Assembly: GCA_963735805.1 (NCBI GenBank)
Contig: CAVTMK010000003.1
Span: forward strand, 449,693-513,692
DNA: 64,000 nt
From: an uncultured Verrucomicrobiae bacterium
Lineage (GTDB): Bacteria; Verrucomicrobiota; Verrucomicrobiia; Chthoniobacterales; UBA10450
Reading direction: 5' to 3'
Shown here: positions 42,534-50,929 of the stretch, piece after piece
Numbering within the stretch: position 1 is the first letter of the stretch
Layout of the letters: each line of letters begins with the position of its first letter
The notes under the pieces: model-generated
Seen by the model: the letters and a program-made list of their open reading frames with translations, nothing else
The model's database searches: none
What the model was told of the DNA's origin: nothing
Made by a program: the position numbers and the translations under genes

Positions 42534-43415
42534 ATGAGCATTCGAATAACTAACGCGGTTTGGAAGCGTGCGAGGCAGAAAAAATCTGGCGCACTCGTCG
42601 TCCTTCTGGCGATCGCAGATTACGCAAACGAAGACAACATCGCCTACCCCGCTGTTGCGACCCTGGCCAGGAAAGCGCGTATGTCAGTGCGGAACGTTCA
42701 GCGTTGGCTAAGAATCTTGGAGCAAGACGGCGAGTTGAACGTTCTTCGGAACAAAGGAAGACGAGGAGTAAATATTTATAAACTCTGTTTGCCGTCAGGT
42801 ATTCCGGACGAGGGTGATACCCACGTCACTAATGACATCGGCGGCGTCAATCCCGCGACGCACGTGTCGTCGAGCGGTGACGCCCGTGTCACACAATCCG
42901 TTAATCAATCGTCAATACAACCCACCCCTGTAGTCCCCAAAGGGGGCGATGCAGATTTTTGGATCGAAACATGTTTCAAATGCTTTGGACAATCTGTACA
43001 TTCTGTTCGCCAATACGTGCTGCGCGCGCTGTCGGTCGCAATTCCTGCTTTGACGAAGAGCAATGCTGATTCGCTTGTGCAATTTTATCGGGCCGAGCCT
43101 CTTGATTCAAAGGAAGCTCCATACAGTTCACGCAGGCACTCGCCAGAACGACTGATTCTCGATTTGCCGCGGCAGCTCGCTCTTGCGGTTCAGGCTCATC
43201 CACCAGCAAAGCCGAAGGAGGAGCGTGCCTACACGATCAAAGACGTTCAGGAGTATCTCACCCGCACATATCCGGGCTGCTATCTCCCACCCTCACTCGA
43301 CGCTCTCGAGAACGGCACTTGGGAGCACATTAAGTGGGAGATTTATGACGCCATGTCGAAGCAGAGTCAAAATGCAGAAATCACGAAGAAAAACGCCAAT
43401 GAACAACGGCTATAA
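42534..43415 (+). CDS. Phage-type replication initiator-like protein (N-terminal HTH_36)
   Basis: MSIRITNAVW...LVVLLAIADYANEDNIAYPAVATLARKARMSVRNVQRWLRILEQDG. Confidence 0.8.
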   Translation: MSIRITNAVWKRARQKKSGALVVLLAIADYANEDNIAYPAVATLARKARMSVRNVQRWLRILEQDGELNVLRNKGRRGVNIYKLCLPSGIPDEGDTHVTNDIGGVNPATHVSSSGDARVTQSVNQSSIQPTPVVPKGGDADFWIETCFKCFGQSVHSVRQYVLRALSVAIPALTKSNADSLVQFYRAEPLDSKEAPYSSRRHSPERLILDLPRQLALAVQAHPPAKPKEERAYTIKDVQEYLTRTYPGCYLPPSLDALENGTWEHIKWEIYDAMSKQSQNAEITKKNANEQRL

Positions 43416-43659
43416 GGAACACGACTTGGATTCTATCGCTAAGCTCTTGCGTCAGCATCACGTTGTCTTCGAAGTTTTGCTACAACATGTAGCCTCTATA
43501 GAAGCGACGGTTTTAACGCTGCTGGTCAAGACGTTGCCTGACAAAGACAAAGCAGACGTTCACAAGACGAACGACCTGAAGAAGCTAATAGATCGCACTC
43601 TGTCGGAGATTACTAACAAAATAGAAGCCGATCTGGAGCGGAAGCTCGAGGAGTACTAA
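43399..43659 (+). CDS. Small hypothetical helical protein
   Basis: ATG at 43399 overlapping the upstream gene end; 86 aa, amphipathic. Confidence 0.5.
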   Translation: MNNGYKEHDLDSIAKLLRQHHVVFEVLLQHVASIEATVLTLLVKTLPDKDKADVHKTNDLKKLIDRTLSEITNKIEADLERKLEEY

Positions 43660-43924
43660 ACGCGGTCACTGGCACCAGCAACTCAATCAACGGACTCAAT
43701 ATCCGTTGCAACGACGCAAATCCGAAGGCGAACCAATGCGGAAAAGCTCGCACAAAATTCCATGGTGAATGGGGTCCCCTGCTCTGTGCCTGTTGCATGG
43801 ACTTGGGCGGGAATCCATGACGTGAGGAACATCTCAAGTGATTTAAGATCAGGTGATTTTGCCCGGATTTTTCCCTATAAGGATGGTCCGCAATGCTACA
43901 GTTTTCGCTACAGATCAATTCCAG

Positions 43925-45238
43925 TTATTCCGAAGGGGATGTCGCAGCCCCCGACCTTGGTTCTGCGTTTGTTTTGCCATTTCCTCTGAAGCCAGCGTGT
44001 CGAGCTGCATCGCAGATTGCATTGACACCTTCTCTAATGCCTCCTTCGTAATCGCCATTGCGGAAATGCGGCTTAATTTTGTGTTCGATGATATCGAACG
44101 CGGTGACGTTGGGCAGTGCGCCAACCAACCCGTCACCGACCTGCATGAACATCGCCCTGTCTTGTACAAAAACGAACAGAATAACACCGTTTGCCCGAGT
44201 AGCTTGCCCTGCGCCCCAAGCATTTGCTATTCGCCTCGTATAGCCGTCGATCGGCGCAGTGCTTTCCATTTTTAAATAGATGGCAACGACAACCTGATTC
44301 GAAGTCTCGCGTTCAAATTGAGCGAGCTGTTCATTAAATTGGAATGCCGCGTCGCTAGAGATTACGCCTGCGTAGTCGTCGAAATAGCGTTTTGGTCGGG
44401 GAGGAATTTTCTCGTTCGGAGGTATTGGTGCCGTTAAGGTTTTGTAAGAACTCGATTCCCCACTCGCGCTACTCTTCTTGTCTGGGTTTGCAGTGACAGT
44501 CGCTGCGTTCGGACTAATCCGCGCTGGATTCGGACTCATCCTAAATACGTTGGGTTGGTTACTTTGCTTGGCTACTTTTTGATACCCAGGCCTCACAAGA
44601 AACCAGATGAGTCCAAGCAGCAGTAACACTATAGCGCTGACTAGGATCACGCGCTCGGGTTTCCTTAAAGCGGCGATCAAAGATGTCGATGGAACCGGAT
44701 GGGGAGCTGGCGTCCTTTGAGTCGATTCCATCGGCGTCGTCGGGCCCGGCAGGCTGTCCGCGTTTTCTTTCGCGTCGGCCAAGGACTTTTCGATCGCCTC
44801 GATCACTCGATTCACATCAGCATGAAAACGGATTTCGCTCAGCTCGATGGCGTGGCGTCGAGAGAGCGGTGCTAGTGCTACTGGGAGATCCTGCTTGCGC
44901 GGCATTTGTGCTCCGCCAACAAGGACTGGAATGATGCGGATTTTGCGCTGTAGTGCCGCGACGATTTCCATGCGCACAAAATCCTCTTCATCGTCGAGGC
45001 GACGCTTGCCCGACGCATCGGTTGCACTCAGCCAGCGAGGGCCGATCGCTACAATAACGATATCGCAAGCGCTCACCTTGCGGTTGATCACTTCCACGAA
45101 GTCTTCGCCGGGCTCGATTTGGTCGATATCGATAAAGACCTGATTCTCGCCAAAGCGCGCGGTTAATCGGTCGTAGAGACGACCAGCGTAAGGAGCGGCG
45201 TCTTCACGGCGATAGTTGATGAAGACCTTCGCTTTCAT
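43925..45238 (-). CDS. TIR domain - transmembrane helix - TPM domain fusion protein
   Basis: TIR_2: VFINYRREDA...VFIDIDQIEPGEDF...FVRMEI; TM VILVSAIVLLLLGLIWFLV; TPM: DDYAGVIS...QVVVAI...NGVILFV...VGDGLVGALP...FRNGDYEGGI. Confidence 0.88.
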   Translation of the reverse strand: MKAKVFINYRREDAAPYAGRLYDRLTARFGENQVFIDIDQIEPGEDFVEVINRKVSACDIVIVAIGPRWLSATDASGKRRLDDEEDFVRMEIVAALQRKIRIIPVLVGGAQMPRKQDLPVALAPLSRRHAIELSEIRFHADVNRVIEAIEKSLADAKENADSLPGPTTPMESTQRTPAPHPVPSTSLIAALRKPERVILVSAIVLLLLGLIWFLVRPGYQKVAKQSNQPNVFRMSPNPARISPNAATVTANPDKKSSASGESSSYKTLTAPIPPNEKIPPRPKRYFDDYAGVISSDAAFQFNEQLAQFERETSNQVVVAIYLKMESTAPIDGYTRRIANAWGAGQATRANGVILFVFVQDRAMFMQVGDGLVGALPNVTAFDIIEHKIKPHFRNGDYEGGIREGVNAICDAARHAGFRGNGKTNAEPRSGAATSPSE

Positions 45239-45588
45239 CGGGCTCGAAGGTAAAGAATGCAAAACGGCTAGTTATTGTACGGCGGCATGCAAGGCAGCGT
45301 CGAGCCTTCTTTTCTGGGTCTCTTGGAGCTGTTTCCGCACTCGTTTATGCGGCGATACGGTCGGTATTTCAGCGGTAGGATTCGGCCGTACGTTCCCCTG
45401 TATTTGATCGGACGAAAGCCCAGTTTGCCTGGGTAATCAAGCGAACTCTCGGATTACTCGCGCGTGCCGTTTCATTGCGGTTTGCTGGCAATTCTGCTGG
45501 CACTCCGCCAGATTTGTCTGGCGAATTGCGCGGGATTTGTGATAGCCACAAGTCGTTTGTTGTCAGTATGAACCAGAAAGGAAACAAA

Positions 45589-46071
45589 ATGCCGAGCTAT
45601 CGAGTGAAGATTGTACGCGCAGGACAAGAATTCGAGGCAGAAGGAGACAAGGGATTTGTACTCGAAATGCTGGAACGTTTTGACCGACCCACTGCACTGG
45701 AAGGAAAAAGGGAGAAGGCCGTTAGCGATATTGGAGACGATGTTGCGCAAAGTCCTCCGGCGTCTAAAGGAATTTCGCTGCGCGAATTTATTCGTCGGCT
45801 TGGATTAAAGAAGCATACCGATATTCTCGTGGCATTCGCCTACTATCTGGAAAAATACGCCGGTGTGGCCGAGTTCACGCCGGCGGATATCAAGAACTGC
45901 TACTATGAGGCGAAGATGGAAACCTCGAACACGAGTCAGATGATCATCCAGAATGTGAAGAGGGGATTTGTCATGCCAGCAAAAACTGGTGGCGGAGGTC
46001 GAAGCCGATACACAGTTACCGCCTCGGGCGAGCATTTTATTGAGCAGAAACTAGGGAACAGTAGCGAATAG
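45589..46071 (+). CDS. Hypothetical protein with a C-terminal winged-helix-like domain
   Basis: RBS GAAAGGA then ATG; SLREFI...AFAYYL...FTPADI...KRGFV...YTVTASGEHFI. Confidence 0.7.
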   Translation: MPSYRVKIVRAGQEFEAEGDKGFVLEMLERFDRPTALEGKREKAVSDIGDDVAQSPPASKGISLREFIRRLGLKKHTDILVAFAYYLEKYAGVAEFTPADIKNCYYEAKMETSNTSQMIIQNVKRGFVMPAKTGGGGRSRYTVTASGEHFIEQKLGNSSE

Positions 46072-46082
46072 GGAGTCGAGCC

Positions 46083-46574
46083 ATGCCGAGTCGCAAGGCG
46101 GCAACTCGCCCTAAGAAGTCTCTGGATTCCAAACGGAAGCTATCGCCGTTGTTGCGGTCAGCAGTGGAGGTCCTTGAGCATGGCCTTTGGCATTTTTTTC
46201 GCAGCGATACGACGACCGACATGAAGTTCGCTTTGCTGCACATTGACCAGGCAATCGAATTGCTCCTGAAAGAAAAAGTCCGAGAAGGAGGTAAATCAAT
46301 CTACAAAAACCCCAGAGAGACGATCACAATTTGGGGTGCCTACGAGATTCTTACGAAAGAGTTGGCTTGTAGCATCCCAGAACGGCCAGACCTCGAACTT
46401 CTGCACGAAGAGCGAAATAACATTCAGCACAAATATGCAAATCCAAGCCCAGATGACGCTGCTTTTCACGTAGACCACGCTGTTAAATTTATTAAGCGGT
46501 TTTTAAAAGACGATTTGAACCTCGACATTGCTGACTTTGTGCCATCCGAGTTTCTTGACGAGCTTGGGGTATAG
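46083..46574 (+). CDS. HEPN domain protein (putative RNase)
   Basis: AIELLLKEK helix and RNNIQH (RxxxxH) motif in a 163-aa helical protein. Confidence 0.78.
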   Translation: MPSRKAATRPKKSLDSKRKLSPLLRSAVEVLEHGLWHFFRSDTTTDMKFALLHIDQAIELLLKEKVREGGKSIYKNPRETITIWGAYEILTKELACSIPERPDLELLHEERNNIQHKYANPSPDDAAFHVDHAVKFIKRFLKDDLNLDIADFVPSEFLDELGV

Positions 46575-46804
46575 CCAGCGGACGAGCACGGGAGCTGTTT
46601 CCCTCTAGCCCTGCGGCAATGAGCAGTCGTCGAAGGCCGACGTGTTCGTGAAAATCTCGCTGTAAGGGTGTGAATCAAGATAGAAAGTTCGTTAGAAAAT
46701 GAAGAAATTATCATCGCAGAATTAACCAACCAGCTTGAGGGTAGAATTTTCTTGATCAATTTCGGCCGACATCATAAACCGTGGAAGCAGAGAAAGGTGA
46801 GTTC

Positions 46805-47656
46805 ATGCGTTTGAACTACACGTTGAAGACACGGAGCGACAGGAGTCGAGAACCAGTGCTCCTAAGAAACGGTTTCGTCGCTAGAAGAATTTTCATAGGC
46901 CTGCTGATATATCTTGTATTCATCGCGACCAACGCTTCAACCGACGGGAATTCGCTGACTCAGATATGCGACCAACTTGATCGGTACGATACCGCGCAAC
47001 ATTATCAAACGGGAACAGAGATGTGTCGAAAGATCGGCGGTAGTGATGACACCGCCGTCACCAATGAGGAAGATCCATTGATCCAGGAAAAATATTTGCG
47101 TTTGCGGGCAAATCTTTGTCAGGGGCTGGCGGACAATTATGCTCGGAGTCCGGAAAACCACAAAGTCGTTTCAGAGGAAGCATTTCATTGCTGGGAAGAC
47201 TACTTTCAATGGTTCCAAGGGGTCGGCTCTCAGACCCAATCGAAAATTTTGAGCGCAAGAGTAAACGAAAAGCACGTTTGGGGGGCCGCGGCTGCTCTCG
47301 GAACAACGGCGCTGAGCGCTGAAAAGCCCGAAAACGCTTGGACAGACTACGAAAGCCTTAAGAAAGAGTGGTTTGGAAGCCAGGCGCTGAGCTGGTGGCT
47401 TGCGACGCTCGTCTCTCCCTACAGAGAGAAGAAGGTCAACGACACGATCTTTGCTACGTTGAGCGATAATAAGGAATTGTTACAGAAAGCTGTGTTGGAT
47501 GCAGCACGCACAGAGCATTGGAGGAGATTCGCAAAGATGATGCCGGAGGTCATGAAGACAGGCCGCTTCAACACTGACATGTATAACACCTTCCTTGACC
47601 ACTTGAAGGCGATACTTCCTCCCGACACGGCATCAGCTGAACGCGCAGAGAATTGA
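46805..47656 (+). CDS. Hypothetical membrane-anchored/exported helical protein
   Basis: Hydrophobic N-terminal segment IFIGLLIYLVFIA; four Cys; abuts the next gene. Confidence 0.6.
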   Translation: MRLNYTLKTRSDRSREPVLLRNGFVARRIFIGLLIYLVFIATNASTDGNSLTQICDQLDRYDTAQHYQTGTEMCRKIGGSDDTAVTNEEDPLIQEKYLRLRANLCQGLADNYARSPENHKVVSEEAFHCWEDYFQWFQGVGSQTQSKILSARVNEKHVWGAAAALGTTALSAEKPENAWTDYESLKKEWFGSQALSWWLATLVSPYREKKVNDTIFATLSDNKELLQKAVLDAARTEHWRRFAKMMPEVMKTGRFNTDMYNTFLDHLKAILPPDTASAERAEN

Positions 47657-48472
47657 ATGAAAGCCCGTTGCTGGGGTTATGCAGTTTTGATGACCGCCGC
47701 CATCGTTTTGCCTTCATATGGTGAAAAGGGTAGCGATGTCACGATCCGCTACAACGTAGATCCGTCTTCGGGGTCGATTTTAAAGCGGCGTGAGATCCAT
47801 GTGTTCATTCGAGGAAGGTTACCTGATTTGACGCTAACCAATATCCAGCTCAAACCCACCGTTACTCTCAAGGATGCACGTCCTGATTTAGAAGACCCTC
47901 TGCCGGGGAAGTATGTCGACGAAACGGGACAAAAACTGGATCTGACGGAAGTTCACCTGCCTGAAAAGAGCGATATTGAGTTCGTCTTTGATTACAAGAG
48001 CGGATCCGCATGGGCTCCTCTGCGCAACCAAGCACTGATGAGCGTTGAACCGGGGACGCAGCAGCTCACCCTAAATGCGCAAATAAAATCTCCAGTTGCG
48101 GGAGTTGATCCAAAACCATTAGACGAGCCATTGGAGTTTGCGGTTACAGCGCCTTCGGTGGCAGTGACTTTTGGAGGCGCGGTGGGTGCCTTAGCTTTGG
48201 CTCTTTTGAGATTCGTATATCGACTTAGGGTGGGTGGCGAAAAAGTCGAGTGGCGACAAGAAGTCCGTGAAGGCATTATCGCTATTTGCACCGGCGCTCT
48301 TATCGCATGGTCGCTCACATTTTTGGGAGGATTGCTCAGTGACGCAAACTTGGGACTCCAGATTTCTGCTACGAGTTTCAAAGGCGGTGTGATCATCGGC
48401 TTTTTATCTTATAAGATCGGGGACTTGCTGGCTCAGAAACTTTGGGACAAACCCAAGGCAGCGACCGGATGA
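47657..48472 (+). CDS. Hypothetical protein: signal peptide, beta-rich domain, three C-terminal TM helices
   Basis: Starts immediately after the upstream TGA; hydropathy pattern. Confidence 0.65.
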   Translation: MKARCWGYAVLMTAAIVLPSYGEKGSDVTIRYNVDPSSGSILKRREIHVFIRGRLPDLTLTNIQLKPTVTLKDARPDLEDPLPGKYVDETGQKLDLTEVHLPEKSDIEFVFDYKSGSAWAPLRNQALMSVEPGTQQLTLNAQIKSPVAGVDPKPLDEPLEFAVTAPSVAVTFGGAVGALALALLRFVYRLRVGGEKVEWRQEVREGIIAICTGALIAWSLTFLGGLLSDANLGLQISATSFKGGVIIGFLSYKIGDLLAQKLWDKPKAATG

Positions 48473-48760
48473 GTTTGGCCGCATAAACCTGTTCGTACTC
48501 GTCCAGCGCGGGGAGAATGACTAGCGCCCCTTTCGCATACGCTGCATGCACCGCGCGACTGTTATGTCCCAGCGCCTCCTGTGCGAACCGCTCAGGATAC
48601 CCGCACGCCTTCGCTCGTTGGGCCCATGCGTGACGATACGAATGCAAGCTGACGCCCGAGATGCCTGCGATCCGACACCAGCGGCGAAATTCTGCAGACC
48701 GGTCCTTTGCGGAGTTTCGCTTAACGTTTGGAAACAAATCACCTCTCGAAGGAAGAAGAC
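48470..48760 (-). pseudogene. C-terminal remnant of a tyrosine integrase
   Basis: SLHSYRH, ALGHNS, HAAY motifs without any N-terminal or core-binding domains. Confidence 0.85.
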
Positions 48761-48849
48761 CGAGTGGTTCTGCTGGCAAATCTGCTAGCATTTCTCTCTA
48801 AACGGGTCCTGCCAGCTAAAGAAATCGCTCGTCGTGAGCGGTTTGTATT

Positions 48850-48875
48850 TGGCTCCAGCGGTAGGATTCGAACCT
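48850..48875 (-). other. tRNA 3'-end fragment (att remnant), probably tRNA-Asn
   Basis: AGGTTCGAATCCTACCGCTGGAGCCA = T-arm, acceptor 3' strand, G73, CCA; no 5' half upstream. Confidence 0.8.
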
Positions 48876-48977
48876 CGGGACGTGCATGCTTGCCTCGATC
48901 GGTAGCCGATTTGGTAAGGGCAGACATTTCTTCACTGCGGCATTGCAGGTGACTTTGAATCAGCTGATTCGAAGAAC

Positions 48978-49017
48978 GGGCGGTTAGCTCAGTAGTAGAG
49001 CACCTAGTTTAGACCGA
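48978..49017 (+). other. Degenerate tRNA 5'-half fragment, tRNA-Val-like
   Basis: GGGCGGTTAGCTCAGTAGTAGAGCACCTAGTTTAGACCGA, then no variable loop or T-arm. Confidence 0.7.
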
Positions 49018-49295
49018 TACGCAGCTGATTTTCTCACTTTATCCCAACTTGATCTGACGACGCTGGCTTTCGTGAGTAACAGCGTCGTTCGGCGCGGTGC
49101 AGTTTAAATCGAAATTTCGAATTCCTCAGGAAATTAGCTCAAAAAAAACGAGCAGCGACATGGTCCAGGAGATTGTTTTTTTTACATAAGGGCCTCATTA
49201 TTCGCAGATACGTCCACCTGGTGGCACTTTCGCGTTCACAACATCTTGCAATTGAAACCGATCGAACGAGTTCGTAAAACTTCAGCAGGAGAAAC

Positions 49296-50825
49296 ATGAA
49301 CACATTCGCGAATTGCGGCAGGCAACCTATTCGTATGACGGGCCTCACATTCTTTGTAATAGTGATGTGGGTGGCACTATTAAGTGCCGCCAGCGTTACG
49401 CCTAGCGACGAGGTGGTGACGTACGTAGTGGTCCGTGCGCTACCCTCGACTAGGAGCGCCAGAATCGGGAAATTTTCTCCTCGAGATCGTGCCGAAGTAC
49501 TCGAGGCAGTGCCCCAGTGGAAGAAGGTCAAACTCGTCAATGGACTAGTCGGCTACGTCAGCGCCAAGTGGGTCACCGAAGCAGAACCGATATCGCTAAA
49601 ACGTAGTAGCAGTGAACCAATATCGGTCACAGGCGCTTCGGTGCCAACGCCACTCCTGACCACTGGACATCCGGTTACCTGGTGGTTCGTCTTCAAGTTC
49701 AATTCCGCGACGTTTCCCAGCTGTGGTCCGGGCGCGACACCAGAGTGTTCCTTTGGGGGTCAGGTACAAAGGTACACAGCTTCGAATCCCCCAGCCTCAA
49801 GTCAGCAATTCGTCTATGCGAGTAGTGAATCTCCTGCACTCCAACAAGGAGCGGGATGCGTGGGCGATAACGACGCTGATCCGGTCGGAGCTACGTTTGG
49901 CCAGGTCTATAATGGGTCATTTCATTACGTCGTTTGGAATGATCAGTTCTACAATAGTCCGCCGATTGTCGGTTGTTCGAAATTTTGTGATGCACCGTGG
50001 GGGCACTCGAAAGGCATAATCGCATGGAACGACGACGCTGAGGGATTGTTGATGCAGGTCACGACTCCATCATGGCCGGCCGCCGGCAACTATGCGCTCC
50101 CTCGTCAAAATGACGGCAATACGCTAGGGTGCACCCACAACAATAACCTCAAATTCAGTCAGCATTTTTTCGCGCTACGGCTAAACCATGGTGATCTAGT
50201 GCAAGTACTGAAGGGTCTCCAGACCGCGAGCGTCGCTACCGACCCAGCGAAGCTACAGATTGTTAGCAACGGTGGGCCTCAGGACGTCCAGGATCTAGTC
50301 GCGAGCCTCGGCACTCAGTCGGAGACTACCGTTGCCACGATCGTGACCCTCTCGACCGGTGTGGAGTTGATTTCGAAACCATCTGCCCTGCACGTCCCGC
50401 CATGGCAGATGGTGTCGGCGTTACTCGGAGGCATTCCATTACGAGTGGCAACGTGGTGGTCTGAGTCGAAGATCAACAGCACAACGTTCGACACGCCAAT
50501 CGGCTGTTGGAATGCCGCTCTGGGCAGACCTGGACCGGTGGAAATTGCTACCGGCGGACAATGGAACGGGATATCCTTTGACCTTACGGGCGGTATCAGT
50601 TCTGGGGACCACAATCATGCGAAGATTGGCGTCTCAAAGTCCGGTAGCCATCACTATGCGATTTTCGGCGACATGAACCAAGAAGGGGCGTTGACGGAAA
50701 GTACTCCCGGGGGTTGCGCGACTCAGCAAAATGGGCAGGGCGGACTCTTCTTTGTTATCGACAACCCCGCATTGGCAAGCAGTATCGGTGACTTGATCAA
50801 TGGCGCCACCGCAGCACCTGATTAA
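49296..50825 (+). CDS. Exported SH3b - deoxyribonuclease II (PLD superfamily) protein
   Basis: Signal/TM; VRALPS...WKKVKLVNGLVGYVSAKWV (SH3b); PVTWWFVFK, GHSKG, TTPSWP, HAKIGVS, GDMN, GQGG (DNase II). Confidence 0.82.
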   Translation: MNTFANCGRQPIRMTGLTFFVIVMWVALLSAASVTPSDEVVTYVVVRALPSTRSARIGKFSPRDRAEVLEAVPQWKKVKLVNGLVGYVSAKWVTEAEPISLKRSSSEPISVTGASVPTPLLTTGHPVTWWFVFKFNSATFPSCGPGATPECSFGGQVQRYTASNPPASSQQFVYASSESPALQQGAGCVGDNDADPVGATFGQVYNGSFHYVVWNDQFYNSPPIVGCSKFCDAPWGHSKGIIAWNDDAEGLLMQVTTPSWPAAGNYALPRQNDGNTLGCTHNNNLKFSQHFFALRLNHGDLVQVLKGLQTASVATDPAKLQIVSNGGPQDVQDLVASLGTQSETTVATIVTLSTGVELISKPSALHVPPWQMVSALLGGIPLRVATWWSESKINSTTFDTPIGCWNAALGRPGPVEIATGGQWNGISFDLTGGISSGDHNHAKIGVSKSGSHHYAIFGDMNQEGALTESTPGGCATQQNGQGGLFFVIDNPALASSIGDLINGATAAPD

Positions 50826-50929
50826 ACCGGAAATCGGCCAAAGAAATGCCCTACGCGTTAGCTATAGTTCGAATCCCATCATCGGCACCTCTAAAAAGGG
50901 CAGTAAGGGGCGCCGATGATCGCTGCAAA

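Larger units (their letters stand above)
38886..45300. mobile_element. Integrative element / phage-satellite-like module next to tRNA-Arg; right end undefined
   Basis: Integrase, sigma-like protein, excisionase-like HTH, replication-initiator-like HTH; no virion genes seen. Confidence 0.65.
45370..48870. mobile_element. 3.5-kb att-bounded mini-island with a deleted integrase
   Basis: Exact 15-bp direct repeat CAGCGGTAGGATTCG at 45370-45384 and 48856-48870; tandem TGCTGGCA-N4-TGCTRGCA at 45483-45502 and 48771-48790; integrase remnant inside. Confidence 0.78.

Noticed and set aside
41929..42553. ORFs 41929-42198 and 41951-42553 as genes
   Set aside because: No motifs, low-complexity composition, and the longer one overlaps the inverted site and the rep start; more likely regulatory or origin DNA
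43700..43716. TATCCGTTG as the second att copy of tRNA-Arg
   Set aside because: Only 9 bp match and it is one arm of a local hairpin (CAACGGA/TCCGTTG); chance cannot be excluded
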